Positions 23,981 through 34,673 of a stretch of 64,000 bases of DNA are shown one piece after another. Both the position numbers and the translations under genes were made by a program. Location of the stretch: the sequence record NZ_CP020429.2, one strand, 5' to 3'. The notes under the pieces are model-generated. The model was not told the DNA's origin and made no database searches. It saw nothing but the letters and a program-made list of their open reading frames with translations. The first letter of the stretch is position 1, and each line of letters begins with the position of its first letter. This stretch comes from a plasmid.

Positions 23981-24553
23981 CTAATTATTGTTATCAAGTT
24001 TCCTTGCATAATCTCGTTTGTGACTCTCTATATTTCGAAAAATATCATTCTTATCCCAGATTTGTAATTCCCAAGGATAATAGAAATGACTCTTGTTTTT
24101 AAAGTAGAGATGGATGCCTGTATAGTCTTCAGTATCTTTTAAATACCAATTTTTAAGACCGTATTCTTCCTTCCAATCATCTAAACAATCCATCACTTCA
24201 GTAATGACAGATGTTGGCAAAATGACACGTGCTCCAAAAATATCATTTAAAACCGAATTTACTGGATACCCTTCTGCTCTTTTAGTAAAACGCTCAATCT
24301 TATCTAAAATAGATTCAGATGTCTTCACTCGATAGAAGTAACTAATATCGCTGACATCTGCTACCATCAAATAATCGTTGATAGATTCGTGCAGATTCAA
24401 ACGATATTTTAGAATCTCATCAACTGGCACCTTCGCAAAAGTGTGATTAAGATTGACTTTAGCAAGTTTACCACTTTCAAAATACTCTTCTGAATACTTT
24501 ATATGAATGGTGTTGATTTCAAAGATCAGTCGCTCTACTTTCTTGATATTCAA
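23981..24553 (-). CDS. RelA/SpoT-homologue small alarmone synthetase-like nucleotidyltransferase of 190 aa. A candidate toxSAS.
   Basis: The motifs FYRVKTSESILDKIERF, DIFGARVIL, TGIHLYF and WELQIWD match the (p)ppGpp synthetase motifs RVK..SI..K, D..G.RVI, GY...H and E.QIRT. Confidence 0.6.
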   Translation of the reverse strand: MNIKKVERLIFEINTIHIKYSEEYFESGKLAKVNLNHTFAKVPVDEILKYRLNLHESINDYLMVADVSDISYFYRVKTSESILDKIERFTKRAEGYPVNSVLNDIFGARVILPTSVITEVMDCLDDWKEEYGLKNWYLKDTEDYTGIHLYFKNKSHFYYPWELQIWDKNDIFRNIESHKRDYARKLDNNN

Positions 24554-24584
24554 CCCTTATACGTCTCCAAATAATTTTTCTTCA

Positions 24585-25925
24585 TTATACCATATCCTGT
24601 TTATTATACGTTTTGAACTTAATCTTTTCTTCTGGGGAAGCTTTCAAAAGGAAATCATCAATTCCCTTTTCGTGAGGCCAGATTAGAGCACGAACCGTAC
24701 AAGACTGCTTCGTAACTAGATCTTGAACCATGTCATACATACGTTCAAATACCGAGTCATTATCCTCAAAGTCTTGGTCAAATGCTAGATAAATAGGTTT
24801 GACCTTTTTGAGTTCAGTCTTTCCGATAAAGTCCGATATAGGACGCCATGCTGCTACTCCTGCCATAGAGATAACACAGATATTCCCCAATTGAGAAAGA
24901 CGAGTGTTTTTCGCAACTGATGCAGTGATATCTCCTTTAAGCAAACCTTCCGTAACTAGAAGGTTATCAACCTTACTCATAAGATTGACTTTCGCCTTAC
25001 CTTCTTCAGAAAAGCGTGCTTGTTCTAAAATGTCATCAGAATAAGCAAAATGGGGAAAAGACTTAGCACTTGTTCCTTCTGGCTTATATGCTGACGAAAC
25101 AAAGACATACTTTTGCCCTTTTTTAAATGTCAACTCAAGTCCAGAACGAAGTTTAACACTAGTTTTCTTAGTTGTCCCACTTGCTAGTTCTTGTGATGAA
25201 CCTTTAGCAAACACATACCAATCGAAACTTCCGTCGTCATTTTGGAAGACCTTAGCAGTACGTGCATTTCGTCCCTCTTGAAAGGCTTCGTTTACTTTGG
25301 CTTGATAACTAACGTTATCAAGACGTACTTGAAAACCTACAATTTGTCCCCAAGAATTGCGACATGGAATTAGAATTCCATCTTTTGATTCAAAAATAGG
25401 ACATTTTGCGTTTTCGTTCCAATAGAAACCAGGAACTCCACGCCAAGCATCTTTAGGAAGCCCATTTGCAACAAAGAGCTTTTCCCAAATAGTTGCTGGG
25501 TGAGATACTGTTGTATCAACCTGCTTCTGACGTGTTTGCTTTGTTGATGAAGCATAGCCACGCAGTGCAATAGTCTCAACAGAAAGACCTCGTTCTGCAC
25601 TTGTTAAGTGCTTGACATGGTCCTTAGTCAATCCCAACACTTCAATCACAAGAGAATTTACCTTGTGAAGTGTTGAGATACTTGCCAAAGGCTGACTTTT
25701 CCAACTAGGTTCAAACGTCACGTCTTTAGCTTTTTGGGGATCCAAATCATAAATTGTCCCAGCACTACCAAATTGTGGTTTGTCTGGGTCAATCTTTCTA
25801 GCACAGACTGCTTTAGATTGATCTGCAAAAACCAGACACCAATCTGGTTTGCCACAAATAGGGCAAGGGTAATCACGTCCTACCCGAATCATCTCGGTTT
25901 GTCCAATCGTAATAATTTTTGTCAT
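24585..25925 (-). CDS. Plasmid/ICE-type DNA primase with an N-terminal zinc finger and a C-terminal Toprim domain.
   Basis: The motifs CPICGKPDWC and C-terminal IYLAFDQDFEDND...GIDDFL, the latter with a Toprim DxD, are present. Confidence 0.5.
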   Translation of the reverse strand: MTKIITIGQTEMIRVGRDYPCPICGKPDWCLVFADQSKAVCARKIDPDKPQFGSAGTIYDLDPQKAKDVTFEPSWKSQPLASISTLHKVNSLVIEVLGLTKDHVKHLTSAERGLSVETIALRGYASSTKQTRQKQVDTTVSHPATIWEKLFVANGLPKDAWRGVPGFYWNENAKCPIFESKDGILIPCRNSWGQIVGFQVRLDNVSYQAKVNEAFQEGRNARTAKVFQNDDGSFDWYVFAKGSSQELASGTTKKTSVKLRSGLELTFKKGQKYVFVSSAYKPEGTSAKSFPHFAYSDDILEQARFSEEGKAKVNLMSKVDNLLVTEGLLKGDITASVAKNTRLSQLGNICVISMAGVAAWRPISDFIGKTELKKVKPIYLAFDQDFEDNDSVFERMYDMVQDLVTKQSCTVRALIWPHEKGIDDFLLKASPEEKIKFKTYNKQDMV

Positions 25926-26449
25926 TGTTTTCTCCTTTTAAAAAGTTGTTGTAAAGTTACCTTGGAAAGCCCCAAACACCTGTTCGTAGCCCCTCCTCCG
26001 TATGCCGACAAGTTAGAGTTGGGAACACCTGTTCCTCGTCTCTAATCATCGAGATGTCGCCTTCCTTTTTTGTCCAACTACCCAAACTCAAAACAAAAAA
26101 GCATAACAAAGAAGCCGGCAAGCCTTGTCTCAAAAAACAAGGTTGCGCGTGCCTATGGAAAACCATAGGAAACTTCTCGTTATGCTTTTATCTGCTAATA
26201 ACGTTTGTTGTAGCCTTTCAAAAAATTAAAGGCAAATTATCTCGTACCTGTTGTAAGCGTCAAGCCCCTTCTTCTGTCTGATGGCTTAACTGATAGCTAA
26301 AAGCGAGTACGCTCCCTTTTAACCCAATCAAACATGGGATACCTATTGCTGGGACAGAACCAGAAATAGCATCTCCTCCTCCATGCTTCTCTTTTCTTTA
26401 GTCACGTGACCAAAGGTTCACCGTTTGAGGTGGTGGAAAAAATATAAAT

Positions 26450-27710
26450 TAAACAATTTATGTCTTTAGTATAGCAAAGAGCAACTAACATTACAAGTTT
26501 ATCGTTATTCGAATTATACCATATATACTACTCTTCATTGTATTATATACTATACATAGTCTATAGTTTACAACACATTATGTATAGTCCACCAATAGTA
26601 ATAAGCGAAGAATCAGTCGTCATGAAAAAAGAAATACAAGATACATTGATAAACTATGTATCTTGTATCATAAATAATCTAGAACACTCTTTATACTAAT
26701 TTTAAATATAACTTATTAACCAATAAGAATATAATCATATATAGTTCTTTAATGTATCGTTCAATATGCATCGTATATTATCTACTATATACGATAAATA
26801 AAGAAACTACACATTATTCACATTACATAATGTATTAGGTATCGTCTTGTGATAGAACTGTTCTTATTTATTATATTAAATGAATGAATAAAGAATATAC
26901 GATATAATACCTAGCAGTACATTACTTAACGATATATCTTACATCGTCTATAGCATACTACAAAGTTTTTCTTTGCACTACGCTATATATAGTGAGGTTA
27001 TGTATAGTGTAGTGTGTAATATTTTGTAGAAAGTCAAATATAGTGATATACACTATATATCGATACATTATGTATATTATATATGGAATAAATACATCGT
27101 CCAGAGTACATTCTTATGTTTTATATAGTATATAATGTATCGTGTATGGTGATGTGCGTTAATTTTCTTTATTTCCAGAAGTATTTTATAAAAGATATAC
27201 GATATAATGCTTTGCATTACAATGTTTGTTCATATACTATACATCGTCTATAATATACGATAAAAAATTTGCAATTTGTTTTGTTAGTCATTTATATATA
27301 GTAATGCTATGTATAGTGTAGTGTGCAAATTGTATTATGTTTAAGTTAGAACTCGAGCATAATACTATACACTATATATCAATACAGTATGTATTATATA
27401 TCTTTGTAAGATGCATCGTCTATTATATATTATTTTTTTTATATAATATATAGTGTATCGGGTATAACTCTTGTTGTTGTTTGATAGTTGTAATATGTTT
27501 TGTTTTTGAATAGTATATAGTGAACGATACACTATGTATTAGCTAATGCGTGATAACCTTGTTAGGCTATATTTTTTATATACTATACATAGTGTATCAT
27601 GTATTGTTTACGATATATCTTACACAGTACTTGCTATTAGATTTCTATATGGTATACTTTAAGTAGTTAATAATATGTATCGCATTGTTATACATAGTGT
27701 ATCGTACATA
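26450..27710. repeat. AT-rich non-coding region with two roughly 280-bp direct repeats and many short gtatcg / catcgtctat / atacactatat motifs. A candidate centromere (parS-like) or origin region.
   Basis: The segment at about 26880-27140 aligns with about 27190-27450, for example aaagaatatacgatataat..catcgtctatagcatac..tgtatagtgtagtgtg..actatatatcgatacattatgtat. There is no ORF longer than 60 aa, and the region lies immediately upstream of parA. Confidence 0.55.
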
Positions 27711-27730
27711 TCGGATTGAAAGGAGTAGAT

Positions 27731-28561
27731 ATGGTTGCAAATACAATCGTAGTGATGGATGAAAAAGGAGGAGCAGCCAAAACGACATTAAGTTTATTAT
27801 TGGCTCAAGCTCTAGGAAATGCTGGCTATAAAACGTGTGCAGGTGATCTAGATGGTCAGTGCAATCTAACTACGGCAGCAGGAGTGAACGAAGACGAACA
27901 AGAAGGGATTTATTCTGTACTAAAAAAAGAAGTAGAAGTAGCTGATGCCATTGTGCCAGTTGACGGATATGATCTGCTTCCAGGTAGTAAGCTCATGAAG
28001 AACTGGGAGAGTGAAGCTTCAGGACTAAAAGATAGGGATTTTCGTTTAAGGAACGTAGTTCAAGATATCAATGATTACTACGATTTTGTACTCTTTGATA
28101 CACCTCCGTTCTTTGGTGTTTCTACAACAAGTACCCTTTTTACAAATTCGAAAGTTTATGTTCTTATTCCTACTACACCTGATAAGTTTGGTATTGAAGG
28201 TGTAAAAGATACAATCGAAGATATTGAAGCTGTTCAAGAAGGATTTTCTTTCTTTGGAATTGATATTGTTATTGCTGGAATCGTTATCACTCAGGTTGAT
28301 AAAGGGCCCGGCTTTAGTAAAAAATCAATTAAACAAGTCAAAGCAAGAGAAGCAGTAACAACTCTTGAGAAAATTGCGGAAGAACATAATACTAAAGTTT
28401 TTGAGCAATACTTATTTAATAATAAACAATACAAAGATATGATTGCTAATCAAGCAAATGTTTTTACAAATAGTGGCTATAGCATCCCTCAAAAACAAAT
28501 CACAAATGTGATGAATGAACTAATTAAGACGATTGGAGAACACAATGGCGAAAAAGCTTAA
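27731..28561 (+). CDS. parA: ParA/Soj-family partition ATPase with a divergent Walker A.
   Basis: The N-terminus MVANTIVVMDEKGGAAKTT is a deviant Walker A, where the canonical form is KGGVGKTT. A DTPPFFG motif is present. The RBS aaaggag lies 7 nt upstream of the ATG at 27731. The track's TTG at 27716 is less likely to be the start. Confidence 0.65.
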   Translation: MVANTIVVMDEKGGAAKTTLSLLLAQALGNAGYKTCAGDLDGQCNLTTAAGVNEDEQEGIYSVLKKEVEVADAIVPVDGYDLLPGSKLMKNWESEASGLKDRDFRLRNVVQDINDYYDFVLFDTPPFFGVSTTSTLFTNSKVYVLIPTTPDKFGIEGVKDTIEDIEAVQEGFSFFGIDIVIAGIVITQVDKGPGFSKKSIKQVKAREAVTTLEKIAEEHNTKVFEQYLFNNKQYKDMIANQANVFTNSGYSIPQKQITNVMNELIKTIGEHNGEKA

Positions 28562-29069
28562 TACTATCCAACAAAGAAATTATAATAACCTTTTAACAGC
28601 TGTTGAATCAAATGATCGCAAAACAGCTAAAGAAGTATTTGACCGTTTTTTTAAAGGGAAAGAGATTGAAGAAGTAGTAATTGATAAACTTAAGGAGAAG
28701 CATGATATTACCTATCTAACTGAAGCAAGTGTAGAACCCAAAAAAGCTGCTGTTTCTCCTAAAAAAGCAAACATTGTTACTCAGAAAAAAGAAAAAAACA
28801 AAATTCCTACTAAACTTGAACCAGCAAAAACTCCTGAAGAAAAGGTGCGTTCAAATCTAAACATGACACAATTATCTATGTCTCGTTTTAGTGCATTAAG
28901 AGCTGTTTTAAATAAAAGAGACCTCAAAGGAGAAAATGGCAATTATCCTAAACGTGGGGGATCTGATAAGCTATTCACTGAAATGTTAGATCAGATGTAC
29001 CAACTTCTAGATGAAGAACAAAAGGAATTGTTTAATACATTGGTAGAAACTGAGATGAGTTTTAAGTAA
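28545..29069 (+). CDS. Small ParB/ParG-like putative centromere-binding partner of ParA.
   Basis: The gene overlaps the end of parA. It is basic and helical, about 175 aa, and occupies the position typical of parB. Confidence 0.4.
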   Translation: MAKKLNTIQQRNYNNLLTAVESNDRKTAKEVFDRFFKGKEIEEVVIDKLKEKHDITYLTEASVEPKKAAVSPKKANIVTQKKEKNKIPTKLEPAKTPEEKVRSNLNMTQLSMSRFSALRAVLNKRDLKGENGNYPKRGGSDKLFTEMLDQMYQLLDEEQKELFNTLVETEMSFK

Positions 29070-29339
29070 TCTAGTTTAACATGTAGTTATCATACAAAAA
29101 TGTAGGTAACTCGTATTGAAATCATTTTTTGCATACAAAAGTGTAGGTAATTACTACACTTTTTGTGTTGTTGTAATTTAGCATATAGTTGAGAGAGAAA
29201 ATAGTGATGTTATAAAGCTTAGTATTATTAATTTTGTTTTAGTAATAATAGTTTAAATAGTATTAAGTAGTATTAAGTGGTTAATTATAGTAACTAAGTA
29301 GTTAATTATAGTTTAAGTAGTAGAACTCCTGGAACCCTT

Positions 29340-29665
29340 GCTATTACTGAGCTAAGCTTACCTTTATCCTATAAAACTGTATGTATATCCTACAAATTGG
29401 TAGGTATATCATATAATTTTGCATGAACGTCACACAAACTTGTATGTTAAGTCTACAAAAATGTATGTATGTCATATAAAATTGTAGGTGTATCCTACAA
29501 ATCGGTATGTATGTCCTATAAAGTTGCATGTTAAGTTTACAAAAATGTATGTATGTCATATAAAATTGTATGTATATCCTACAAAAGGGTTGTAAATTTT
29601 AAAAAATACTATGAAAATCAGAATATTAGTGATATAATGTCATACAAAAGGGTTGTAAATTAATA
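29340..29665. promoter_or_regulatory. Iteron array of about 11 direct 22-bp repeats upstream of rep.
   Basis: The repeats include cctacaaattggtaggtatat, tctacaaaaatgtatgtatgt, catataaaattgtaggtgtat, cctacaaatcggtatgtatgt, tttacaaaaatgtatgtatgt, catataaaattgtatgtatat and cctacaaaagggttgtaaatt. A further copy catacaaaagggttgtaaatt lies at 29640. Confidence 0.7.
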
Positions 29666-29778
29666 TATTTATACCCTGTCACATATTGCAGTGAGTAATT
29701 AGCTTGTAGTAAAATAATTACTTTTATTTAAAATACGACCAAAATGTATGATGAATGAACTAAGAGAGGTAGAAGCAT

Positions 29779-31242
29779 TTGGTAGAGAATAGAGAGTTCA
29801 GAGAAATCATCAAATATGATAATAAGTTCACCCAAATGTTTCAGCTGGGAGACCTTTCACCTCTTCAAGAAAATATGATTTACTCTATATTTGGTGAGTT
29901 GCGAGATGTTTATGATGAAAACGAAGCAGCAATATTTTCTTATTCGAGTCTGGCAATGCTAGCAGGAAATACATTTTACAGTTCTAGGGAACAAAAAATA
30001 GTTCCTAGGACTGGTAAGCGATTTGAAACTACAGTTGAGGAACTAGAGGAAAGAATGACTAAAATTGTATATCGACATCCCGAAAAGGTTGTCGATGGTA
30101 AGGTTGTCTCTTACACCTCCATCCCACTGTTCAAGACCTTTAGAGTAGACCACGAAAATAAACTCATTAAAATCCACCTGTCTGATGCGGAATATACTGA
30201 ATATGATGAAGTAACTACAGAAGATGGAACAAAAGTAAAAGTAGCGGTCAGGCGTACAGTTAAAGACCTTTTTAACAACCCAGAGTGGGGTAAAAAAGCT
30301 AAGTACATTCAGTATGGACGTGACTACCATAACCTATTGAAGAGTAAGTACTCTAAACGATTATTTAGACATCTAGCAGACTGGCGTAAAACAGGTTTTG
30401 TAAAAGATACAGCTGAAGAACTAGAGCAAGAAGTTTTGATCTTGGATAGTCCAAGTTTACTTCGTTCGAAAGGTACTAAGCTGCAGCAAGCAATGGATGA
30501 AATCAATACGCTATTGGTTGATGAGCATGGACTTCCTGTTATTCAAGATTTGACAGTAGAGCGAATCAAAAAAGGAAAATCAATTACCCACTACATATTT
30601 AGGTTTAAACCGTTCGATGACGATTTGAGACGTATTGTTGCAACAAACGATAAAGTCATTACCTTTGAGAAGAAGAAGGAGTTAGACTTCAAACGTAAGA
30701 TGGCTATCGTGATGGAGAAATTCTACACTGTTTTTCCTAAAGGGAGCAAGGCTGACAACTACAATAATAAAAATCAACTCAAACGTTGGCTTGAAACAAT
30801 GGACCATGAACTAGTTATTGAGGCGTTGGAAAGAACAGGAAGTGATGCAAACCGTACTTTCGGTTGGACAAGAACGTTGCTCAATAAATGGGAAGTAGCA
30901 GGGTACACAAAACTTTCAGATTTGAGAGATAGTCATCCAACTAATAAGGATAATCGTCCTTCAAATGTTCCAGACTGGTCTGAGCCAAACTATGAAAATG
31001 GAACGGATGACAAAGACCGTTTAGGACTAGTAGTAGTAGCAGTTAAATCAGCAATTAAAATAGAACTCTCAAAGACGCCTGACGAAGATAATAAGGCGGA
31101 TATTAAACATTTAGCAGAGAAACTGTTGCAAGAGAAGCTGTGGGAACTTAAAGATAAAGGTTTAGAATCACTGTCTGATAGTCATTTTGAAGAGACAAGA
31201 GAACAACTTTTGACTGAGATACTTGATTATTTTAAAGTATAA
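29779..31242 (+). CDS. Putative plasmid replication initiator (Rep).
   Basis: A 487-aa ORF lies directly downstream of the iterons. It has a TTG start at 29779 with a gaggtag RBS. The family is not recognised. Confidence 0.45.
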   Translation: MVENREFREIIKYDNKFTQMFQLGDLSPLQENMIYSIFGELRDVYDENEAAIFSYSSLAMLAGNTFYSSREQKIVPRTGKRFETTVEELEERMTKIVYRHPEKVVDGKVVSYTSIPLFKTFRVDHENKLIKIHLSDAEYTEYDEVTTEDGTKVKVAVRRTVKDLFNNPEWGKKAKYIQYGRDYHNLLKSKYSKRLFRHLADWRKTGFVKDTAEELEQEVLILDSPSLLRSKGTKLQQAMDEINTLLVDEHGLPVIQDLTVERIKKGKSITHYIFRFKPFDDDLRRIVATNDKVITFEKKKELDFKRKMAIVMEKFYTVFPKGSKADNYNNKNQLKRWLETMDHELVIEALERTGSDANRTFGWTRTLLNKWEVAGYTKLSDLRDSHPTNKDNRPSNVPDWSEPNYENGTDDKDRLGLVVVAVKSAIKIELSKTPDEDNKADIKHLAEKLLQEKLWELKDKGLESLSDSHFEETREQLLTEILDYFKV

Positions 31243-31430
31243 CTTCAGATATATTTTTGTAGATAGATTATATATATAATAGCGATACACGATGTATCGC
31301 TATTTTGTTTTAGAAAATTTTTTACTAGTTAAATCTAAAATTAACATGCAATCTTGTATGATATAATAGGTATAAAATATAATTGGTAAACCTGTAGTTA
31401 ATTGCTATCATTATTGAGAGGAGGAGAATT

Positions 31431-32414
31431 ATGTCAAAACAGAAAGATAAATATCTAGCACTTAGAAGGCAATTACCAGATATTATAGATGAGTATATAT
31501 CTTACCTTCAAGTAAATATCGAAGAACCTTCTCCCAAAATGGTTGAACGTTTGTCAGTGATCCAGAAATTTTTAAATAGCTATGCAATTACGATTGATAA
31601 AGAGGCTGTTTCCCTATCATTGACAGACTTAGAAAAATTACCACGAGAATTTGTTCAAAATTATTTAGCAAATTTACGTCTGAAACCAGCAGGAAAAAGA
31701 TTTATTCTCTATACTTTAGCAGCATTTTGGAATTATCTTACGAATACCTCCTTTACAATTGAGAGAGGAATGCCGTTATTTTATCGTAACGTGTTTAATG
31801 AATGGAAGATAGTTTACAAAGAGAGTTACCACAACATAATATATTCCGAATCAAAGAAGAAGACTATTTTGTATACGCAGGAAGAGCTAGAAAGCTTACT
31901 TGATTTCATGGCAAACAGTTACGTTACAACTCTACCAACTCAGAAAAAGGCTGATAATTGGGAAAAGGAGAAAGAGCGAAATATTGCTATATTTGCGATC
32001 ATAATTGGTACTGGAGCAAGTACTCAAGAAGTTGTTAACTTGACAGTTAGGGATATTGATATGCGTAAAAAAGGTATTTGGGTTGTTAGAAACAACGAGA
32101 AACAGTTTATACGTTTTCTTCCTTTCACCATTCCTTACATAGCTCCATTTGTTAAGGAACGACGTGGACGCTGGGACTTAGACCCTTCTATACCGTCATT
32201 ATTTTTAACCATGTTGAAAAAGCCTATGGGGAGAAATACAATAGGGCATCTAGCAAAGAACATTGGACATGCTTATGGTAAGGTAATTACTCCTAGTATT
32301 TTAAAAGACAGCCACGCCTCTATTGTTTATAAAGAGACAGGTGATATTAAGAAAGTTGCTGAAATACAAGGATATAGTTTAGATAAGAATCACCTTATAA
32401 GATTTATTGATTGA
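31431..32414 (+). CDS. Tyrosine site-specific recombinase, XerC/D/phage-integrase-like.
   Basis: The RBS is gaggagg. Box I-like AIIIGTGASTQEVVNLTVRDID resembles G.R.SE..L...D but carries S/T where the Arg would be. The C-terminus has SHASIVY...IQGYSL. Confidence 0.5.
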   Translation: MSKQKDKYLALRRQLPDIIDEYISYLQVNIEEPSPKMVERLSVIQKFLNSYAITIDKEAVSLSLTDLEKLPREFVQNYLANLRLKPAGKRFILYTLAAFWNYLTNTSFTIERGMPLFYRNVFNEWKIVYKESYHNIIYSESKKKTILYTQEELESLLDFMANSYVTTLPTQKKADNWEKEKERNIAIFAIIIGTGASTQEVVNLTVRDIDMRKKGIWVVRNNEKQFIRFLPFTIPYIAPFVKERRGRWDLDPSIPSLFLTMLKKPMGRNTIGHLAKNIGHAYGKVITPSILKDSHASIVYKETGDIKKVAEIQGYSLDKNHLIRFID

Positions 32415-32532
32415 TAGTATAAACTTGTCTCAAGATTAGTCAAAAGGTCAATTAAGGCCTTTTTTATGTCACTGGGTTACGAACAGTGACTTCTAAGTCT
32501 ATAATGAATTTATAGAGAATTAAGGAGGTCTT

Positions 32533-33438
32533 ATGCTTAGAAAAAACAATGAAAAAAGAGGTTGTCTTGGCAATCTGATTTGGATACCGATAGCTATTGT
32601 TGTTATGTTTTGTATAGCTGGATATGGTATGTCCCAAGGAATTAATGTACCTGGTATTTTATCTAGTGGCTTTAATGTTATTAGTAAAGGAGAACATGCC
32701 AATTCAGGTGATGTCGGAAAATTATTTGGGAAATTTACTCCCAAGTCAGAATCTTCGGAAACAGGAAACAGTTCTTCTAAAACTAGTGGTGTAAAGTCTG
32801 ATCCTTTCAGCTATAGTCCATTGCCTTTTGAAAACCATAAGCTAATGGTCAATGGAGATTTGGATAGTCTTGGTAGAGCAACATATGGTCACATCAGACT
32901 AAAGTATTCGGACAAACCACAAGATGATAGGGAAAGTAAAATTAATGTTGATCCAGTCGGTTGGCATAACTATCGTTTTAAGTACGAAGATGAGTCTGGA
33001 AAAGTCAAAAAAGCTTATCTGATGAATCGTGGGCATCTTATTGGTTATCAGTTTTCTGGATTGAATTCTGAAATAAAAAATCTAGTACCTATGACACGCT
33101 ATTTGAATGCAGGTACGATGTCTGATAGTAAAACGGATGCTAATAATCCAAACGGTATGCTATACTACGAAAATGCACTAGCCAAATGGTTGAAGAAAAA
33201 CCAAAATATGTACTTAGATTATTGTGTTATTGCAAACTATACTGACAATGAGTTAGTACCTAGGACTGTAACGCTTTACTGGACATCCTTTGATGAAAAT
33301 GGGACACAATATGGAGTTGAACTATCAGAAGCAGGATTAGCAACGAGTGATGGAAATGTGAGTTCGGTCACACTTCAGAATGTTTCAAAGAATGCTAATA
33401 TTAACTACTTAGATGGTACAGCCACAAGTAATTACTAA
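32533..33438 (+). CDS. Membrane-anchored, DNA/RNA non-specific endonuclease of the DRGH family, EndA-like.
   Basis: There is an N-terminal TM helix. The motif NRGHLIGYQFSG matches the DRGH active-site motif. The RBS is aaggagg. Confidence 0.6.
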   Translation: MLRKNNEKRGCLGNLIWIPIAIVVMFCIAGYGMSQGINVPGILSSGFNVISKGEHANSGDVGKLFGKFTPKSESSETGNSSSKTSGVKSDPFSYSPLPFENHKLMVNGDLDSLGRATYGHIRLKYSDKPQDDRESKINVDPVGWHNYRFKYEDESGKVKKAYLMNRGHLIGYQFSGLNSEIKNLVPMTRYLNAGTMSDSKTDANNPNGMLYYENALAKWLKKNQNMYLDYCVIANYTDNELVPRTVTLYWTSFDENGTQYGVELSEAGLATSDGNVSSVTLQNVSKNANINYLDGTATSNY

Positions 33439-33865
33439 CATTGACTATAGAATGTTTTATGCTAAAATAAGAATCAGCGTAAGCGTTTGAACAACAAAAA
33501 GGGGGTTATAGCCTCTTTTTTGTTGATATAATGGAGTATTTATATTCTAATTTAAAGGGATAATCCTATTGAATCAGGTTTGGAGAGCAGTAGAATCTGT
33601 CAATGTATTCCATATCTTTAAACTCAGATACTAAAGTAAAGGGGAGCGACATGGTATAGGTTTGTCCGCTGTTCGACAGATTTTAGGGAGGTATCCTAAT
33701 TGTTCTTTGTCAACACGATTTAAAGACTATCATTTTAAATAGATGCTAAAAATAGAAGATGTTGTCCTTTTATGACGAAAAAACTACAGTTTATGACTTC
33801 AATGAAACTTTAGTTGTCTTTATATTATACTAATCTTGTAAATCATAAGAAAAGGAACGTCAATC

Positions 33866-34432
33866 ATGAAAACAACAACTAAACTCATTGGTATCCTATC
33901 AGCTCTTATTGTAGTTATCCTCGCTGTCTTTTTGGTAATTAAATTTAACAGCCATGAATCAGCTCGTGTTAGTACAAGTAGCAGTCCAGCCAAAACGATC
34001 AAGAATTCATCTTCAAGCTCAAGTAAAGCTATTAAGAAGGATAAGAAATCAGCTCATTCGTCATCTTCAGTAACTTCAAAAGAAGAAGAGAGCAATCAGG
34101 ATTCAGCAGTAGCGCCTAAAGCTTCCTCTCAAGAACAAGCTCAAGCAGGCACTACAGATGCTGGGCAAGTGGCTGAAGCAACAACACCAGCTTCTCAAGT
34201 TGGAGGAGTTGAAGGTGGTCGAGGTGCTTGGACAGCAACTTCTGGAACATTGACACTTGATGAGGAAACCCCTGTATATGCTGCACCAGATAAAGACAGT
34301 GGGGTTGTTTCTAAAATGCCTGCAGGTGATGTTGATTGGGATAAATATGAAATTTTACCTGATGGAAACTGGTATAGTTTTGTCAAAGATGGGCAACGTT
34401 ATTATATTTCATATTCAGATGTAGGACATTGA
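33866..34432 (+). CDS. Membrane-anchored Ser-rich protein with a C-terminal SH3b-like domain.
   Basis: It has an N-terminal TM helix and an S-rich low-complexity linker. The C-terminus reads YEILPDGNWYSFVKDGQRYYISYSDV. Confidence 0.45.
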   Translation: MKTTTKLIGILSALIVVILAVFLVIKFNSHESARVSTSSSPAKTIKNSSSSSSKAIKKDKKSAHSSSSVTSKEEESNQDSAVAPKASSQEQAQAGTTDAGQVAEATTPASQVGGVEGGRGAWTATSGTLTLDEETPVYAAPDKDSGVVSKMPAGDVDWDKYEILPDGNWYSFVKDGQRYYISYSDVGH

Positions 34433-34503
34433 TAAAGGATTAAGAAGTCTTTATAAAACACTGTTCAAGTCTATCAAGACTTTAAGATATACATGAAATA
34501 AAA

Positions 34504-34545
34504 GAAGACAGTAACTATTCTGAAGTTACTGTCTTTTTTTTGGTC
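34504..34545. terminator. Hairpin terminator between convergent genes. It is a partial copy of the dispersed 139-bp repeat.
   Basis: The hairpin agaagacagtaactattctgaagttactgtctt is followed by a ttttttt T-tract. Confidence 0.6.
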
Positions 34546-34673
34546 TTACGAAAACCACTAGCTATGCTAGTGGTCCCCAAAATTATTAAGCTATGTAGCA
34601 AAAAATACTAGAAACAGACTATTCAAATGTAAAACCTAACTCGATTAAAGAGGTTAAAGTTAAAAGTTGAGAC

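Noticed and set aside
25734-26281. Three mutually overlapping small ORFs in the GC-rich segment: 25734..26045 (+), 25957..26166 (-) and 26054..26281 (+).
   Set aside because: They have no RBS and overlap in different frames and strands within an obviously non-coding, repeat-containing region. The region is treated as a regulatory or structured-RNA candidate instead.
29344-29559. 71-aa minus-strand ORF with repetitive YMTYIHFC text.
   Set aside because: It is a translation of the 22-bp iteron array.
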